58,235 bases of DNA, filler included, from Sphacelaria rigidula (GCA_964200075.2; 5 parts of 5 records of this genome joined end to end with filler, not necessarily neighbours in it); one strand, 5' to 3'. Shown: positions 11,670 through 25,149, counted from the first letter of the whole stretch. Numbers and translations: made by a program. Notes: generated from the sequence alone by a model not told the origin.

Positions 11670-14022
11670 TCTCACCTGGCGTGTTCAGGTCGGGAGCCCG
11701 GCTGGCGGGGGAGGTGTGGGTAAACCCAGTGATGAATAACACCCCCCAACGTTCAAATTGGATCTATCTGTCATTGCCGCAGCACCGTCCGTGCTGGCAT
11801 ATGTGTGTGACAGAGAACAGTAGTAGCGGTGACGGGAACATTGCCCTATTTTTTCAGCATGGTTTTCAGCGCGCAGAGGCACGTCCTGTCCAAAAGGAGA
11901 GGCAGAGAGAAATCGATGTTCGCGTTGGCGACAGGCAAGAAGAGACTACGGGATTTGTCCGCACGTCGATGCTCTGGCATATGAAAAATTTGGCACATGC
12001 TGATAAGATCAAGGATGCCAGTCGCCCGAGAGTTTGGCAATCGCCGAGCGGGGACACACAAAGGGCACGGGCGAGGAGCTTTCTCTCTGTCGTTGCTTTT
12101 CTCTTTGGTGATATCGTCATCGACACGCGTGTACACCGCATTTCGTTGGGTGCACCTAGCCAGAGTAGCTTAACCCTTGGATCGCGGTGCCCGTAGTCCA
12201 TCTGGACCACGCGTGTATTTTTTTCAAGTGAATATTGATGCCGATTCAGCAGGTGACGTACTCTCGCGATCTAACGGGTAACTCCTGCTGCGGAGGTTTG
12301 GGAAGGAAGATACTTTCGCTCTGTCTTACTCTTTCGTATCTTCCCTGCAATAGAGAAATGGGACTTCAACCTCATTTTTTATTTCAACCCCAAAAATTAG
12401 GATCGACTGTTACTTGTGCACATGTGCTGCAAGAACACGCGTGTGAGCTGCCGTTCCTGACGGTCTACAACGCCCCCATATATCGAAATAAGCTGCAGGC
12501 ATCCACATTTTATAGCCATACGTAGCGCATATGCCGCGCGAACTCTGCAGTGTTTTGCACCGCATGTATAAGCACGGTATAGCACTGTCCTGCATGGTAT
12601 TGTACAGTCTGTAGTAGTCCACTACATTTTATTGTTGTGACTATATATCCCCATTGAAGTACAGTATAAACCGCGATGATATTCTTTCGCGCGTTGATCT
12701 AAAAATTATTTCGTGTGTTGTTTTGATCGACATGGTGCTACGGGGTTTTGATGAGCTATGTAGATACATTTGCGAGGTATATACGGGCAGTTCAACATCA
12801 TACCACAGCTGCAGCCAAAGCTTGATGCTGCGGAGCACAGCCGTGTGGACATACACTCGCAATCAGTGCATGGGATTTGTATACAGCCGAAGCTGTTGAA
12901 GAATTCTATCCCCTTGCGCATTTGATATATGAATTGGGTGGCAAGAGGATGAGGTTTCAACAATTTCTGCTGCCTCTCGAATTTCATCCGCTGATACGGT
13001 GTAGTACGTTGGACTTGAACAGCAGAAGCTGCTCGCAAATACGTTTTTGTTTTGCCCAATTTCAGGTATTGCCGGCCAAAATGGGGGGGTATATTTTGAA
13101 CAGCTTCTGGTGTACATATTCCATCTGCGAGTGTATGTGGGATTTGTACAGCCTCTGCTGTTCGAAATAAACCCTTCATGCCTGTCAAGTGATTGAGATT
13201 GTCACCCTAGCTGCTTTGTGCAGGGAGGATGATGACAACCTAGGATCTAGACTTCTCTCGGAAATGCTGCCACAGCTGGATGTATTTTTTGCAGGTGGGA
13301 GATACTTACCAAACGTGCACGAGTGAGAAATGATTAAGGTGAGGGGCAATGGTACACTCAGGTAGGGGACTCACTTATGATCTCCTTGTTCCTGAGGCTC
13401 AATCACCGCAGAAGGGTACAGCTGAAGTCTGTCAGACGCTGGACGAAGTGTTGGTTAACTCTCTACTGTACTGTTGAAGCCCTGGGGCGATGATTGAGTG
13501 AGGCGAAAGGAGGGCCTACATCGACCTGTCGACCAGCCCCGGACGTGTCTTCACTCAAGTCATAACTCAACTCAAAATCCAATTGTAGTCAGCTTCAACT
13601 CTGAATACGTGAGCATCTATCGTTGAACTCTTAAAGATCCACGTCATTCACGCGATAGCGACCAACGACGCACGTGGCGAAACGAACGGCTGGCTTGGTT
13701 GATCCATATGCCGCTAGAATGTTCACCCAAGGTATACAACTCTACTACCCGCCGGTGTGTACCCAGAGATGGTGAATCCGCCACTGCAATCCCTATCACA
13801 TAACATATGCCTCTCATGGTTGAAGCACTCGCAGACTATGACAAGAGGCGAGAGTGCTGCATCCATACCTTCTCCCGCGTCACAAAAAAGTGTAAATCAG
13901 CAATCCTAAGCGTTGAAGAATTCGGGCACAAATGGGTGAAAGGTACTACATGCAAAAGCACTACCATGACCAGCCGATTGTATGAAATCGGCCGGAAATA
14001 ACAAAACACGACTGAAACGATA

Positions 14023-14148
14023 CAAATTGCAGTATCCTCAAAATCCGTGAGCACTTCAGGGGAAATGATACGAAAAAAAAAAAAATTGAACCGACATACA
14101 AAAAATGTAGTATCCTCAAATGCCGTGAGCATTTCAGAAGGAATCATG
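14023..14148. repeat. Diverged direct repeat, ~78-bp period
   Basis: AGTATCCTCAAAATCCGTGAGCACTTCAG versus AGTATCCTCAAATGCCGTGAGCATTTCAG. Confidence 0.7.
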
Positions 14149-15874
14149 GGAAATCAGGGGTCAATCATCGAGACGATCATCATACACCGCCGTAACTATA
14201 TCATATTCGAACAAAAGTTACTCCTTCCCGGAATTCCGGGTTTATCAGTTTCATTGGTAGAAACAACCAAGCAAGCCCGCCAAGGCATTAAATCACTTCA
14301 ATGCACAGTTTATGCAAGTCACTCGTCTCAGTCAATCGGCAAAATCATCAACGTACAGCTGATTTGTCGCGGAAAAGAACGTTTCCCGCAAGAACCGTGC
14401 GTTGAAAAAGAAAACGAAATACGCATGATACGGACAAGATAACATGATTATCAGGAGTTAATTGTTGGTACATGTTGGTGAGAGTACAACGTGTTGCTCA
14501 ATACGCCTTGTTGATAACCCAGTCGCACAGTAGTTCTCACATAAACGATTTACGAAAGCAGCCGGGAGATTTGAGACGTTGGGTATCCGTACACGTGAAA
14601 AAAAGACGTAATTTCAATATGCACGACCATCGGAGATAAATCCGAGGCGGATCGCCCAGCACGTTCAACCACGAAAATTACACGGAGAGAGAGAGGGCAA
14701 ACGCTGTCCACTTCTCACGGTACTTGCCCGTTCGGACGAAGACGATCTGGTTCGCTGGCTTCAACTGGAGGAAAAACCCCAACCAGGCTTGCCGTCATGT
14801 CGTATCGTCACTCAACAACCCCTGATGGAAACAAAACACCACCAACCAGTTTCAGAGACGGGAAACCGTACGCAAAAGAACAATAGAGAGTGGCGGACTC
14901 TGAGTCTGTCGGCTGTACCAATGGCCAAACATCGACATGGCGGAACGGCAGTCCCGGAAGAGCAATCGATCCTAGCATGATACGTAATGGCCCTGTATGA
15001 GGAGGCGTTTGCAATTACATACCACGACTTCAATAATAATTCCTCAACATCGTTACATACGACGCGGTCGGTGGTGACCACGCTGTATCTTACCAATCAC
15101 CGAAACATATTTCATCCGGTTGCGTCGTATTGCACGTGGCCGTTTCTATAAACGAGGTCGGCTTCACGTGGGCAGGAGTCGTAGACAAGTAGGCCAAGTG
15201 TTCTGGACTGAGGGTCAGGAACCGTGGAACACTCGTGACAGAATATCCAACATACTGGCGCAAAAACAACGAAAGCGAAAAACAAATGAGAAGTACGCTT
15301 GCCAACAGCGAAGACAAAATAGACGCAAAATAAAGCAGAAAATTAGCACGTGGCGACCGTCCCCATAAACGGAAGCGGTTATCGCGGGTACGAAGCAAGT
15401 AGGGTCAAGTGTTTCAGCCGAGAAGGTCAAAACATTGTGGACTCTAAACCACGGTTACTATCGTCTATGGTGACATAAAACCCAAGGTGGAACGCACACA
15501 ATAGAAGACACGTTACGACCGATTTCGAAGACGGGGGCGGTATTTCGTGTATGGAGCGATTGGACGAAAGCGCAAGTATTCCAGACGGGGGGGTCAGGCA
15601 TGTCTAGCGCTCGCTCCGGAAACTCTCGACCGATCAGACGAACAACAACGGAAAAACAGAATATTGAACAAACAAGACAAAGATGCGCAGAACGACGGAA
15701 GGAAAGAACACAACTCGTGGTAACCGTTCCAGCATACGGAATGGTCGTGAGTGTGCGGCGCGGAGGACAAAGGTTCGAATGTTTCAGACTCAGGGTCATG
15801 AATGTTAGAGGTACAGTCGTCACGGAATACTCCGACATATGAACCCAGAAAAAAACAATATATATATATATATA

Positions 15875-18480
15875 TCAAACACAAAAATGAAAAACAAAAC
15901 ACGAAACGAAAAAAAAAAGAAGAGAAAAAGAAACGAAACGAAACGACACAAGAACAAAAACAGAACACAAGGAGAAGGTCACATGAATAAAAATACCAAA
16001 TACAACCGCGAGAGGAACGGGGGCTACAACCATACGGAGAAAAAATGAAGGGAGGCAAGGGGGGAACACACTGTTTTCCAACGACGCGACGGCGCCAGTC
16101 AAGCCATACGAACATGGTACACTACACAAGGTGAGTGGGGAAGAAGACTCGGATGCGGCATCATGAGTCTTCTGAATCCCAAGCGGTGTCCGTGTTGCGT
16201 AGAACGACAGGGTCGAGATCGCCTTGGTCGTGTCGTTGGAGGCACCAGGATCCTCGGCGAGCGGTCGGCACCTCGATGTAGTAGGCATCGTCCAAGCGAA
16301 TCGTAAGGGGGCTCGGGTCATCGAGGGAGCGGATAAAGTAGGAGTTGTCAGATGCAGGATCGACCAAATGAATCTTACCCAATCACCACAGTGAATCCAA
16401 AGCCTTTCACCAGAAATACGCCTCCTCCGGCAAACGTTGTCCGTGAAAAAATCGCATGTATTGTGAACGCGAAAGAAGGCTACGACAAACCGCGCTGAGT
16501 ACCCTCGTGCCAGTTCCCGAGCGACAGCTTCTTTGGGCATCGACCTATATCTCTCATTCAACGGGCGGTGCTGGACGGTATCTCCCACCCAGTACAGCAA
16601 TATTTCCCGACGAAAGCGACGTAAGTCAATTTCACGCTCGTATGTAACACGCATGATACCCTTCCAATGTGTTTGACACATTACCGCTATCTTACCACCA
16701 CGGCCGCGGACCAGTTGATGGCCCGAAATTCGATCTACCGCAACACGTTCCAGGGGGTGCGTCCGTATCCTCGACCGTCATATGATATGGTGGAGTTTCG
16801 ATCGCATACTTGGTCAACACGTACCGACTAAGCCTCAACGGCAGTTGTTTGGGCATGTCAGCGAAGTCATGAGGGGGAATATACGGTTTGCACCGTGGCA
16901 TCGAGACTCGGGTTTTCGGTTTTAAGCCAGGTTCACCCGTGGGAAAATCTAAATACGAAAGTTCCGCTCCCACCGGACTTTTGTCGGGTGCAGTAGCGCT
17001 TGGACCAACAGCCAAAATTTCCCACGGACCAGTCCAATCCAAGAAAAGTTTCGCTTTCAACACTTTATCCAACGAAGACTTATTGGAGCTAGCTCCCTGA
17101 GCTACGGTCTTCACATCATTTTACACCCATGCCCATTGATCTACTTTCCACACCGGACGGTTGTTGCCCCCATCGTCCAACACAGTGTTTGCCCTGACTA
17201 GTTTGGCTGTATTGATTTGGTTCTTCTCGCGTACCACCTCATACGCAAGACGAAGCCGATAAGTAACAGAAATATGGTACTCCGCGATATCCCGATACAA
17301 ACTTTGGTGGTCCCCGTAAGGTTTCCGTTCGAACACCGTCAGTGACAACCTGGGCATGCGACCAATATATACTTCATTTGTAGCCAATCGCGTTGCGGCA
17401 TTCACTGAATTGTTGTAGTTCATCTGAACAAGGGGCAGATGCAACTCCCAGTCCGTTTGTCGTTCGTTGGTTACCGTCGCAAGCATTTGAGCCATCGTAG
17501 GGTTCACTCGTTCAGTCCCACCGTTTGTCGACGGATGGTTTATGAGCTAGTAAAAATACGCTGAGCACCTAGGGGGTTAGTGATCGCGGCAGAAAGTTTA
17601 CCGGCGAAATGCGGGCCGCTATCGGACAACAATCGTTTGGGTACACCCCATTGCGGAATGTGTGTGTACACAAGGATGTTGGCTATGCCTGTCGCACTAT
17701 GGTTGATTTCCGGAACAGCATGCATCACCGCGTGTCGACCGAACCGATCCGTAAACAAAAAAATGTACTTGTTACCGCCATCAGAGAGAGGCAGCGGACC
17801 GAAACAATCCCATGAGACTACTTTACCAGGTCCGTTGAGGAGTGACATGGAAATATCTGGCCATCGAACCGTTTGGCGCGAAGTTTTTCTCGCCTGACAC
17901 AAAAGACAACGCCTCAGCCACCAACGTACACACTAATCCATAAAAACCCACCAAGGAAAACGCTCAAGCACCTCGGAGGTCCGAGCAAATACTAGATGTG
18001 TCGACGCGTGCGAATGACATTCATGGAGAACCCATGGACGCAGCAGCATCGGCATATACATTCGTGTGGAATCATCACCTAACAAACAGGCATGTTTACT
18101 GGTAGGTTTACCCGCATGAAGGGGCGCGGTGGGCCGGCGAACTGAAAGAACACCATCTTCATCCGTATGAAGCATATATTTTCGCGAAATTTGGAATTGG
18201 GTATACCGTAAAGGATTTATTTTGAACAGCACAGGAGGTCCAAATTCCAGATTTCCACAGCATTTGTGCCTTATAAACAATCCAGGGGGGTTTTATATTG
18301 ACACAGACACCTTCGAGGGCCCCAGCGTCAAATGTCCTTTCGAGGATTGCGAGTACCCAAGATCCTCTAGTGGGGATTTCAAAACGGACGGAACCGAGGG
18401 TGACGTTTGAAAAATCCTCTATAGGGTAACCGAATGGCCGCGTGTGTGGGGGGATTCCGCGGTATTGGACATAAATGTTC
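15875..18480 (-). mobile_element. Ty3/Gypsy LTR retrotransposon relic: integrase (HHCC + DDE) and C-terminal region
   Basis: LHECHSHASTHL...CLLCQARK (zinc finger), VSWDCFGPLP..GNKYIFLFTDRF, WGVPKRLLSDSGPHF, TNGGTERVN, DWELHLP...YNNSVNAAT, WTGPWEI. Multiple stops and frameshifts. RT and RNase H not seen. Confidence 0.93.
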
Positions 18481-18899
18481 CATGGATAATTGTAGTTGTT
18501 TTCGAGTAAAACCTTTTCGAGTAAAACCTACAGGCTGCCATCTTCTGGTTCATCCCTCCCTCCTCGCTTTTTCTCCTACTGTTGACGTTTAACAAACCCT
18601 ACCACTCTGCACGTGACTCAATTATCGGTTTCACAAATGAGATCATCGTGGGAAAATGTTTGAAGGTGTTGATGTTTTCAAGTCCCGAGATACTTTGTAG
18701 GATTAAAATAGGGGATGGCCGTTTGAAAACCTCGGGGTTTCTTGTCAACCACCGCCCCCCCCTGATAGCATTCTAGGATTGATATTGTCGATTTACTCGG
18801 TGTTTAGCATACGCTGCCCTGAAACCGAACCACGATCCTTCCCAATGTGTCGTTGCTGAGTGTCATGACAAGTTTTGTGGTCTCATGGAGAGACCTCGT

Positions 18900-20070
18900 A
18901 TGCTTCGAAAGTTTCAACTCGTCGTTTAGTCTTCAGATTCGATCGAAATGACTCAAAATGTAACGCCTACACATGCTCTACAACAACTACCTCCAGTTGC
19001 GAAAATTGAAGGAAGAAGAATCAAAGCAATGGTCGGGAAAGATGGACAAACCTGATGATGCGCAATACGGGAGCTCGAATCCACATTTCAATACTTGAAA
19101 GTAGGCAAGCGTTGGACCACATTTTGTGTAGTCCGGCCTAGTATTCACGGTCAGAGGGGAATATCGATACGATGACGTCTGTCACAAGGGTTCTGTCGTA
19201 GCACTTTCCCATATGTTTTCTCGTCGCTATTCAATTTGAATCTGCCATCTTTTGACGATTCAGCCCGATTACACCATTCCAGACATCTCGCTATCGGAAC
19301 TCTCGGTGATGTTCTGACCATCATGGTAGGGATCCTTCGCCTGCATAACAGATGTCGCAAGTTATGGACTTGTCAAACCACCGGAGAAACTATATCGACT
19401 TCACATCCTGTTGCACTGAACTCAATGTAGTCGTGAGACTCATTGTAGCCAACGACTGCTACGCTGATCAATTCCCCCGTCCAACCCATCGGCGCCGCTT
19501 GCTTCCCATGACGTACAGGTAGTCTTTTTCACCAGGCGTTACATAATTGACACGCCGTCGAGCATGAAGGTAATCCTGCTCCTCCTGCTGTGGCTCGCCG
19601 TTTTCTTGGGCACCGCCGCAGGTAGGTTCGAACAACAGTTAGTTGGTAATGCTAGTCGATGCACGTGCGTGTTATCCCGGTGTTGATATATTTTCCTTGG
19701 GTTAAACACTGCCTCTTACCCATACGTTTGCTTGATCATGGGGTGTACATCGTATCTCCGTATCGGATCTCTTCACGATAACATAAGTGCGTCCGTTTAA
19801 ATAGATCAAACTTGGAGGTGCTCATGGAAGGAGAAACAAGTAACATTCATGGGTGAGTGTTGGGTCGCAGTTGCCCACGCATTCGCCATTTCGACCCATT
19901 TTGGCCGGTAGTTTGATTATTTCGGCCGAGTTTGACCGTGACGAGTGTGATATAGGTTTCCGTGCAGCCCTACAGTGTCCGAGAAGGCGTAATACGTTTC
20001 GATGTAAGAAGGAAGCCTGGAAAACATTGAAATCTTTTGTTCTTGACCATCGTGTTCGAATGTCCACCTT
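18900..20070 (-). pseudogene. Possible decayed coding tract, unknown product
   Basis: Short protein-like ORF pieces (19151-19360, 19822-20067) broken by stops. No motif recognised. Confidence 0.2.
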
Positions 20071-20257
20071 TGTTTAGGAGGGGGAAGGGGGGGGGCGAAA
20101 ATGTCGAACTACAGCCATTTTAGGGACGACGACTTGTTCTCGCGCCTTCGCCCTGGTAGGTTCGCGTGCGAACACGAACGAACAAAAGGGCATTTGCCTC
20201 GAAAAACGCCGGAGATTTCAAAAACATATGTACCGGGGGAGAGATGGGTTGATCCCT

Positions 20258-20345
20258 TGATACCACGGACTCATCCCGAGAAAGGAAAAGGGTTAAAAGT
20301 GCGACAAAGAAAAAATGATAACAACAACAGCAACAGTAATGAATA
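20258..20345 (+). repeat. Interspersed repeat family D fragment
   Basis: GAGAGATGGGTTGATCCCTTG core recurs at ~51774-51800 (+) and ~52290-52338 (-). Followed here by an AAC-rich tail. Confidence 0.55.
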
Positions 20346-20714
20346 TCGGCATTATCGTATTTTACATGGGACACGGGTGAGGCCTGTGTACACATAACCT
20401 AGCTAAATCATAGGACAGATGTATGTATTCTTGAACTTTCATTGTACGACAGCAGCCGTTTGATCGAGACGCTGCTCCTGTTTTGTGGTGTGGTATGACA
20501 GCGTTACTTGAGCAGTACAATAAGTGACAGCAGTCGCTCAATTGGTCTTGTGGTGAATTTTGGGTTGGATGCTAAGACAAGGTAACGAAAAACTGAGAAG
20601 ATTCATTTCGCAGAGAAAGTAAATCTCCGCACGCTCCAGACGCACCAGCTGCTAGTGTGGACCGCTAATGCTTGCAACACGCCTTCACATCACAAAATCG
20701 GCAGTAAAATGCAG

Positions 20715-21965
20715 TTATTCTTGAGCCACACATAACCCAACATGGCACATTACGTAGAGTTGCTCTTCGTTTTTCTTCCGTACGAGCAAACCGTCTGCTC
20801 TCGATCGCGTTGTTGTTTTGATGAAGTTTGTTACCTTTTGCGTGTCCCCCGCCCCCTCCTCCGTTACCCGTGCATCGCTACCTCTCTGCCTCCATTTGAC
20901 GTCGTTGTCTGTCGAAACCTTTATTTGATCCATCTCTGCCGAGACGCTATTTATTTTCAAACAATCTTCTCTCGCGTAACTTGTTTCGTGATTTCGGCGG
21001 AGGCGAACACATGAGGCAGAGTTCACATATCGCTCCTCTTAACTTCAGGCTGCGGGTACTTCGCTAGGTGCAGACGGATATAAAGACACGCCCAGAAAAT
21101 AACCCGTAATCCACCTTCGCCGCCCGTTGTAACTATCCGATTTTCGAAGATGTCACGTGCCTGAAAAAAGCTGCAGCGACGGCGTAGAACATCCCATACC
21201 GCGGCTCTTTCGCGTTGACAAGGCACCGTTTTGCGTAGATGACAGAGAGTGTGGGTGTCCTTGATACGGCATCAAGGGGTGTTCCACCATTTTGGGCAAA
21301 ATCTAGAGAAAGGTTTTGTCTTACATAGTTTTGTTTTGACCAACTACTCCATCGAGGACATGTTTTCATTGAGAAATATCATAGATCTTACCCCTGATAT
21401 CGTCATGCTAAATGTGCCGCTCGAAGCGCCGCACTGACGTACACGCTCGATTGACTAGATATTTCTGCGATTTTTCTCGCTCGTTAAGCACCAGGCCTCT
21501 CAGATCAAAGACCATTTTCCGAGCCCCCTTCGCCGCAGTCTCGAGCTCGGGTAGCGTTACGCTGTGCCATGTGTCGTGGAACCTCGTGGTACGATGCCGT
21601 CTCCACTGTGAAGTTGCGCTCCCGTGCAAGGTCGATTCTCGATTCCACAGTCTCTGATTATTCCTCGGCATAATCCCCGGATGACCAAGGACTCCATATG
21701 CTGCATGTTACCGTAGTACGAATATTTTGCTTTTTCTCGGCTTTTGAGCTATTGATTTCCCGTGTTTTGGCAACCTACAGCAGCGTCGTAACCTCCATGT
21801 AGCAAGCACGCGTCGTAGTACTTCACACGAAGACAACAACCAAGCGAGTGCGTCAATCGGCGTGCCGAAAATTGTTCTGAAGGTGATACTTTCAATTGAC
21901 GTTTTAATCCAAAAGATGTCAGGTAAAATCGTTCGGAGAAGGATATTTCTGAAAAGAAGCATTAT
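20715..21965 (-). pseudogene. Possible decayed intronless gene, unknown product
   Basis: ORFs 21708-21962, 21408-21671 and 20715-21026 lie in one reading frame separated by stops. No motif recognised. Confidence 0.3.
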
Positions 21966-22316
21966 TTTGAAATGGAGGAGGATTTGCGAAATATCGCCTT
22001 ACCCAACCCGTTGAGTGCATTCATCCATACCACTACCGGGGATCCTTTATCAGGTCCCCTCGGCTGCGATCTGGTTCTACTGCTCGCCCAGGTTTCAACG
22101 CCTACTACGGTTTTTTATTTTTTGCCCATGAAAACGCTCATAGAACGACCTGCCTAGTAAGCATCAAACAGAGCTCGTCATTGACAATTGTGTCGAACAC
22201 GCACCTTTCACAACGCTCTTTCTTCACATCGAATCGCTCGGCACTGCTAGGTCAAATGATTCTCTCTACCCATCCATTCTTCTTTTCCCGACATCATTCC
22301 CTTCGACTTGTCCCAG

Positions 22317-22712
22317 GGACGGCGTGTCCCGAGGGGGCGAGTAATTGGAACGTCTCCACCCCAGAAGATGCTTCGGAACTCCGCGACGCATTGCTCTGCC
22401 CGGGCCCCCATCAGTTCGAGGTTGCTTGGAGCGGTGAGGTGATGCTCACAAGTACAATATCCATATCAAACGAAAGCTCGGTCAAGGTTTGGGGGGATGT
22501 TGCGGGGGATGCAGTCATCGACGGTGGCGGTGCCGTTCAGCTCTTCAAAGTCGACGACGGGTCAACCCTGGAGCTCGATGGCCTGTCCCTCACCGGAGGG
22601 AATGCGAGCTCACTCGCTGAGATCCATGGTGGGGCGGTGTTCTTATCAAACCGCTCTCGACTGCATGCTTATAGCTGCTCGTTTTTCGGCAACTACGCTG
22701 AGGATTTTGGAG
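22317..22712 (+). CDS. Exon of a polymorphic outer-membrane/adhesin-like beta-helix protein (brown-algal type)
   Basis: Pyrimidine tract + CAG acceptor at 22316, GTAGG donor at 22713. Peptide ...ALLCPG..FEVAWSGEV.L..TI.I....AVIDGGGAVQLF.V....L.L.GL.L.GG...GGAV......SFFGNYAEDFGG contains the GGAV and FxxN repeat motifs. Confidence 0.85.
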
Positions 22713-23237
22713 GTAGGACGTTTGATGTTGATAATTTTTTGTACACCTCCTGCCCATACCTCGTTCGATGCCAGCATCCAGCCCACTATTACTTGTACCA
22801 AGCATACTGGGCGTGCCGTATGCCCAGCATTACCTCTTGAAAATACCCCACATCGCCCGCATTTTGCAGGAACACAAGTGAAAAATGCGGAGCAAGTATC
22901 GTTCTTGTCCAGTACTGAATACGACGTACAAACATGATTTTGAAGCGGGGAAGACATTTGCACAATATTACCCACACGAAAATCAGATACAACTGCAAGG
23001 TCGGAAAGTTCTGTGTGTGCAGATATAAATATATACATATATGTATATCGTAGATCGGCAAAATCGATACATGAAAAATATCGGCGTTGCACAGCAAGCC
23101 GGGTGCGCCGGGCTAGCGAACGAAGCCGAGGAATCACGCTGACGGAGCAATCTGTCCTCACCCCCCTCCACAGAATTGCCTCTGTGGCAAAGCAGTAGAG
23201 AGCAGAAGTCATATAGTGGCAGAATGTGAGCTATACA

Positions 23238-23337
23238 NNNNNNNNNNNNNNNNNNNNNNNNNNNNNNNNNNNNNNNNNNNNTTAATTAATTAANNNNNNN
23301 NNNNNNNNNNNNNNNNNNNNNNNNNNNNNNNNNNNNN
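23238..23337. other. Artificial contig linker
   Basis: N44-TTAATTAATTAA-N44. Confidence 0.97.
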
Positions 23338-24372
23338 AAAAATGCGCCCAAGCACCGCCCGCCGACGACGGTCGCCCCCCCCCCCCCCCCCCCCCCCCTC
23401 CCCCCGCCGCCAATTCTTCACACAGGGCTGGGAGATAAGGGTGAATATTATGAATGGCAAAATGTTTGCACCAATCACAGCCTTGCCATGCACAAAAATG
23501 CGAGAGGGCCCACCTCACCAGGACTTAACACAAGGAGCGAGAAACGGAACAGATTTCTGCTTTTCGTCGGAGAAAACCGGCCGTAAAACATCATCGAAGA
23601 ACAAAGAATAAAAGTTGGGGACTTTCGGGAAAACATCGAAGACTTCTCGCAAGGCTCGCAGATTTCCCGCAGGGACGACATTGGGTGTGTGAGACGTACG
23701 AAGTCTCTCTAACAAGTACGTGTATGCAAAACAGCAACCGGAACCACCCAGGCGCCGAAGCAAAGATATATGTGCGGGCACACTGTATGCGAAGTGAAGG
23801 GCCATACTGTTCTTTTAGAGCCCGAAAAAGAGAACAGGCGCATAAAAACATTTGAGGCGCCGGTTTCCTCTTTATAGGGGCTGGAAAAGAAATGAGGAAC
23901 ACAAAAAAGAAAATAGGCGCGAAAAGATAACAAAAACGTGCCGTAAACGAAAAAAAGAGGCGGAAACACGAGGAAAAGTTGTCAAGGATCCAAAGTCTAC
24001 ATCTCAGGCACACGCGAACCGTCGCTCGAATCATAGACCCGCGGACGAGCCGTGTGAGAGACGGAGCCTCGATTTCTGGCGCTAAACTAGTGTGCAGCCA
24101 CAACACCCCCCCCCCAATGAGACCAGTCTTGTCATCCCTGGCCGGGACCGGCGGAGGACGAGGTTCTCATCCTGATGCACAGCGTACACACGTAACCCCG
24201 ACACGTTATTTTGTACATACTTGAGTCGGATGACCAAATCATTATGTTGGCATTTTTTTAACACTAGGCCGTGCGACAACGTTTTTCCTTGCATCAGATA
24301 GTTCGGTGCTCTCGAAGCGATTGCGGAGGCACGTAGCTACAGAAAATACCATCGGTCAATATCGTGACTCAC

Positions 24373-24784
24373 CGTCGCCGACAATGCGCATGACCTCTGG
24401 CCCAAATTCGTGGTACACCCGACACGGCACGCAGTGATCTTGCTCGAAAATCAATCTCGCCGCTGATATCCGATGGTTTCCGTCCAAGACTCGAAAATCA
24501 CACGTCGAGAGAAACTCCGGCGTTATTAGTCCATCCTCCGGGACACCTTGGTGCGGCATCACGATGGCTGGCGGATTGTGCGTGAGCCACCCCTTTGACT
24601 TCAATGAAGTGATGACCTTCTCCACTCTACGAGGGTTCAGCTCGCTAGTGAGGGACGTCACGGTGATTTGAGATAACTTTATCGGAAACGTACCTACGTA
24701 GTGGCTGGTGAGAAGGCTTCCCATGTTCCCCTGTACTGGCGCTACTGTCCCTGACGGCTGACTTCTGACATCAGGGGAATCCAT
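24373..24784 (-). CDS. Exon encoding a ParB/Sulfiredoxin-like N-terminal domain
   Basis: IKLSQI...ELNPRRVEKVITSLKSKGW...PPAIV...FRVLDGNHRISAARLI......VPCRV matches the ParB/Srx pattern (S+..G, P+.V, DG.HR..A). The frame is open from ATG 24784 to a GTGAGT donor at 24372. Confidence 0.75.
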
Positions 24785-25149
24785 TCGCCCGAAACAACGG
24801 TAGCCTGCTGCTCGAGTGTGGTGATATGCAGGCCGCAGGCAGCAGTGCTGTGGGTTGTGTCACGGAGGGGAGTGGTGGGGCCATGGCTGTAGAATGGGGG
24901 ACGTTCAGAACATTCTAATAGCACGGTTAGTTGCAGATCACGACCGGGACGCGTTACCCACCTCACCTTCGACGCCACCTGCACTGGAAATGTGGCAACG
25001 TTTCTGGGTCACGTCAGTATCGCGTGAGTACTAATAAGCCGTATTCTTCGATAATATCGTACTTGGTGACTAGTACAACGGCGTGTTTCTTACGGGCTGC
25101 ACTCTCGGTGGAATGGTGACCCATTAGCAGCGCGTCAAATGCCATAGAC

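Noticed and set aside
13302..13312. U1 snRNA start (ATACTTACC)
   Set aside because: The match stops after 9 nt and the downstream sequence does not resemble U1.
15100..15837. 3' LTR of the Gypsy relic (TG start at 15837 on the minus strand)
   Set aside because: No purine-rich PPT, no clear CA end and no second LTR to confirm. Left uncalled.
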